Below, piece by piece: positions 60,263-64,000 of a DNA stretch of 64,000 bases. Source of the DNA: Podarcis filfolensis (lineage: Eukaryota); assembly GCA_964270895.1 (NCBI GenBank), contig OZ185440.1; one strand, given 5' to 3'. Every line of letters starts with the position of its first letter. Position 1 is the stretch's first letter. The translations under genes and the position numbers were made by a program. A model generated the notes under the pieces. That model was given only the letters and a program-made list of their open reading frames with translations, was not told the DNA's origin and made no database searches.

Positions 60263-60391
60263 GCAAAGCAGCAATTAAATCTCCGTACACACATGGCTGA
60301 TGAGAACAAAAATGAATATGCTGCCCAGCTGCAAAATTTCAATGGTGAACAGCACAAGCATTTCTACATTGTCATTCCTCAAATCTATAAG
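60263..60391 (+). CDS. FNBP1L: FNBP1L exon 7 (129 nt); gene continues beyond the window
   Basis: tctcttattag|GCAAAG...TATAAG|gtgagc; AKQQLNLRTHMADENKNEYAAQLQNFNGEQHKHFYIVIPQIYK. Exons 1-7 total 639 nt in frame. Confidence 0.98.
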
Positions 60392-61289
60392 GTGAGCTTT
60401 AGATCTAAATTTTGTTTCAATCTTTATTTATTGCATTCTACTGGGTGCCCAAAGTACTTTACAATTTTAAATATATGGAGGGGAAAACATTATTTAAACT
60501 GCTAAAAGTGTGACAGTGACTTCTAAGCTCATTCCCACTGCTTCTCATCACATGATTTCTAGGCACAGGTCAGAAATGTTTTCCTTTTGTTCCTTCGCTT
60601 TCCCCAGGAAAACCCACTGTTTAGTGCTGAATCAAAACAAACATCAGTCTGAAGAAAACTCGATTGACGTTTGTTCCCATTCAGTGCTAAACAGCCACTT
60701 TTCCTGGGGAAAGTGGCAGGAAAAACCTTTTGGACCCATGCTTAGATTTGAGATGGTTTGAGAACACTGCTGTAAACATAAAAATTATAAATGTTTTATC
60801 AACACCTTACATAGTTCTGCTTTAATCCTTCACTGTTAATTTACATTAAACTATGGTTATACAATATTTGAAAAGATATTTACAGTAGCATATCATTTGT
60901 CTTGCTTCCTGACATTCCCTGTTGTTTTTAAATGAAGTAGATTATTGATTTCCATTCATTTGCTGTTCCTGTATACTTATTTTTAACTTTGCAGTATTCA
61001 GTTGCTCCCACAACTCCTGGTTCTAATTTCCTTGGCACTTAAAATTCTTGCCATTGCTAAAATATGTAGTACTTTTGTTTGATATATTTGTGGAACAAAG
61101 CAACCATGCAGATAAGAAAATAAATCCTTTATTAAGTTACTATAGTCCCAAAATCATTCACCTTCTGGTACTTCCACTGCAAATGATGAATATCACCTTT
61201 TCTTTCTACACAAAACTAGCAATTACTTTCTCTGGTTTTCTTCATCATTTTGAACTTCCATGGTGACTGTGGCCATATTATCATTATAC

Positions 61290-61915
61290 ACCTTTAGGCG
61301 CCAGGCAAAAACGTTCCTTTTTAACCTGGCCTTTGGTTGATCTTACTGACATCCAACACCCTTTTAGAATATGGCTTTTGGAGGTGGGGGTTATTGGGTT
61401 ATTGCTTTTGGTTTGATTTTATATGTTGTGGTCTTGTTGTGAACTGCCCTGAAACCTCTGGGTATGTTGTTGTTGTTTAGTTGTGTAGTTGTGTCCGACT
61501 CTTCGTGACCCCATGGACCAGAGCACACCAGGCACTCCTGTCTTCCACTGCCTCCCGCAGTTTAGTCAAACTCATGCTGGTAGCTTTGAGAACACTATCC
61601 AACCATCTTGTCCTCTGTCATCCCCTTCTCCTTGTGCCCTCCATCTTTCCCAACATCAGGGTCTTTTCCAGGGAGTCTTCTCTTCTCATGAGGTGGCCAA
61701 AGTATTGGAGCCTCAGCTTCAGGATCTGTCCTTCCAGTGAGCACTCAGCACTGATTTCATTAAGAATGGTTAGGTTTGATCTTCTTGCAGTCCATGGGAC
61801 TCTCAAGAGTCTCCTCCAGCACCATAATTCAAAAGCATCAATTCTTCGGCGATCAGCCTTCTTTATGGTCCAGCTCTCACATCCATACGGTGGTGTATAA
61901 GTTGAATAAATAATA
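61290..61915 (+). mobile_element. L2 3' tail interrupted by Bov-B
   Basis: cctttaggcgccaggcaaaaacg...gtgaactgccctgaaacctctgggtat[Bov-B]ggtggtgtataagttgaataaataat. Confidence 0.7.
61466..61888 (-). mobile_element. Bov-B 3' fragment
   Basis: YGCESWTIKKADRRRIDAFELWCWRRLLRVPWTARRSN...; (CAA)n tail at 61466-61478. Confidence 0.93.
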
Positions 61916-62847
61916 GTGGCATAGATTGCAGCTATGGAGAATGTTACCCAAAACAAGTAAGCAAACAAAAAACAACGCATACATCATCTGGCCCGTACAT
62001 CTCTAAGCATGTATCATTGTTTTTTAAAATGAGTTTGTATGTTTTGTGGAACTTGTGTTCCTTTTAAAAGCAAAAAAGCCTTCACAGCTACCTTTTTGCA
62101 AGCCAAAGTTTCTCATTCCTTATATTAATTTTTTAACTCGGTTTCCCTCTGTTTATCCTTCGCTTACGTTGCAATCTGTTCAAGGGTGTTCTCATTTGAT
62201 GAACCAATAGAAAAACTGTTTGTATTAATCTGCACCCAGCCTGATATATGCCACTTACCCAAACATTGAACTTCCCTAGTTGTGTCCCATATTAAACATT
62301 CCTTCACTAATATTATGCTAAAGGGGAAATTTCTGATGCTAGCACTTCTTTTTAAATCTATCCCAGGTTTTTAAACATGTGCCAATAACATAATTGTATC
62401 TGTTACAACAGTTTTTCCTAGTACTTCCATTCATAATAAATTCTTTACTGTGGTATTCATTGCTGTCTCTTCCATTGGTCTATATAATAAGAGTTTTTGT
62501 TCCTAAACAAAAGGACTCCAGCTCTACAATAGCTCCATTAAATCCCCCTCTTTCTATGCCTTACAGCTTACATTTTTAGGTTCCTTAGCTCTTTTTAACA
62601 TTCCATATAAATACATTGTTTCTGCCATTCTTGAATAATTTGGCCTGAGATTTTGGAGCAGGAAATTTTGGCAGTGCACAGACTTTTATTGTGTTGGTTC
62701 TCCCCAATAAAGACAGTTTCAGGTTTTCCCCATCTTCATATCTGTTTCATTAGCATTATGTAATTAAGTTCACACAGATCCTCTAGATGTTTTCTTTAGC
62801 ATTGGGTTATTGGCAAGGGAAGTATAATGTTTGCTGAGGGGCACCTA

Positions 62848-63454
62848 CACCCTTGTGCAAATTAATTGAAACAAACAATGTAGTTTACTGTACAAAACTC
62901 ACGTATACCTGTACAAAACTCACATATACATACATTAGTAACGGATATGACCTCCGCTATTTTTAAGCAACATTTGAACATGGTTTGGCATGGAGTCTAC
63001 TAGTTTTGAACAGTCACTGTTGATTTTCAGATCTCTGTACCACACTTGAATCAGAGCCTGAATGAGCTTCTCCATAGTCATACAGTCTGCAGCACGGAGG
63101 CGACTTTTGCATATAGCCCACAAAATTCTCAATGGGATTACATCTGGGGAATTCCCTGGCCAATCAAATACCTGTATTTGCTGCTCTGTCATGAATTTCT
63201 TCACCACTTTCAACGTGTGACAGGGGGCTAGGTCCTGCTGCAGTATCCCAGTATCGTCAAGATACCTCTTTTCCAGCTCTGGAATAGCACTCTTTCGTAG
63301 AACCTCAATATATTGTGGCGTGCGCGTCATTCCTTCTATTGGCTGCAGGCTTCCGACACCATAATGATCAACTGATTTTTCGTGTTTGTTTTAAGTACAG
63401 GATTACAAGTAAGATAGAAAACATACTTTGTTTCAATTAATTTGCACAAGGGCA
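62848..63454 (-). mobile_element. Internally deleted Tc1-family transposon retaining the transposase C-terminus
   Basis: 28-bp TIRs (C/T)(A/G)CCCTTGTGCAAATTAATTGAAACAAA flanked by TA on both sides. ORF 62935-63330 has QQDLAPCH, WPGNSPD, SMPNHVQMLLKNSGGHIRY*; DD34E spacing is recovered through a local frameshift. Confidence 0.9.
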
Positions 63455-63559
63455 TACATTGTAGCAGATGGGGCATCAAGTGGCTGAAAGAAGTTACCTC
63501 TTCTGAGCTCCCCCCCCCCAAAAAAAAACCCAACAACCCTGAGTAGCTACGTCAATGTG

Positions 63560-63870
63560 CTCTCACACCTGGTGGTTTTGTTGTTAAATGCCAGGTTAGA
63601 GAATGATATTCCTTGCCAAGAAACCTATTTGCCTGGCAGCCAGATGTGAGCTACAACTCCTCGTGTTGGGCCAGAGAGACAGAACTGCTTGTGGTGGTCT
63701 TGCAAGACTTCAGGGACCATACCTGGTCCGCCTCAACTGCTCTAGCTCAGCACTTCATGGTCACCGTGACAAACATGGAGCTGTCTCAATGTATTGTGGG
63801 GCCAACACATATAAGTCATCCCCTCGGTCTGGTTTTTGCAATGGAGCAGATGAGGTAGCTGTCAGGGGAA
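63560..63870 (+). mobile_element. L2 LINE fragment, APE endonuclease region
   Basis: LVVVLQDFRDH...AQHFMVTVTNMELSQCIVGPTHISHPLGLVF resembles L2 EN motifs (GDFN...GLSQ.V.GPTH..GHTLDLVF). Confidence 0.7.
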
Positions 63871-64000
63871 AGTCTGCATAGGATTGCAGCCTCTGGTTTC
63901 TTTCTGAGGTTCTTAACCACATCCCCCAATTATTTTGGGTTTTTTCTTCATCATGTTTAATACAATACCAGCAAGCCCATTGCAAATGAACAAAATTCCA

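Noticed and set aside
60392-64000. FNBP1L exon 8 (expected QLQEMDERR…)
   Set aside because: No matching sequence found; it presumably lies beyond the window.

Overview
Vertebrate (squamate, probably lacertid lizard) genomic DNA. It holds the last coding exon and 3'UTR of DR1 (+), then a CpG-island promoter and coding exons 1-7 of FNBP1L/TOCA-1 (+; 639 nt, 213 aa of the F-BAR region). DR1 followed by FNBP1L is the gene order known at human 1p22. The rest is intron or intergenic DNA rich in squamate repeats: Sauria SINEs, tRNA-head SINEs, Bov-B and other RTE LINEs, L2, CR1 tails, hAT and Tigger-like MITEs, and a deleted Tc1. No prokaryotic features, CRISPR arrays or intact RNA genes are supported. 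Best lead: a chain of splice-bounded, phase-compatible, protein-like but stop/frameshift-damaged exons at about 3.3-9.5 kb, between DR1 and FNBP1L, which may be a decayed unannotated multi-exon gene. Other leads: a possible intronic-polyadenylation isoform of FNBP1L at exon 4, repeated Bov-B insertion into L2 3' ends, SINEs with different tRNA heads on one CR1 tail, a chimeric MITE and a Helentron-type non-autonomous element. All translations and alignments were done by eye; comparisons to known proteins and repeat families are from memory, and no database searches were run.
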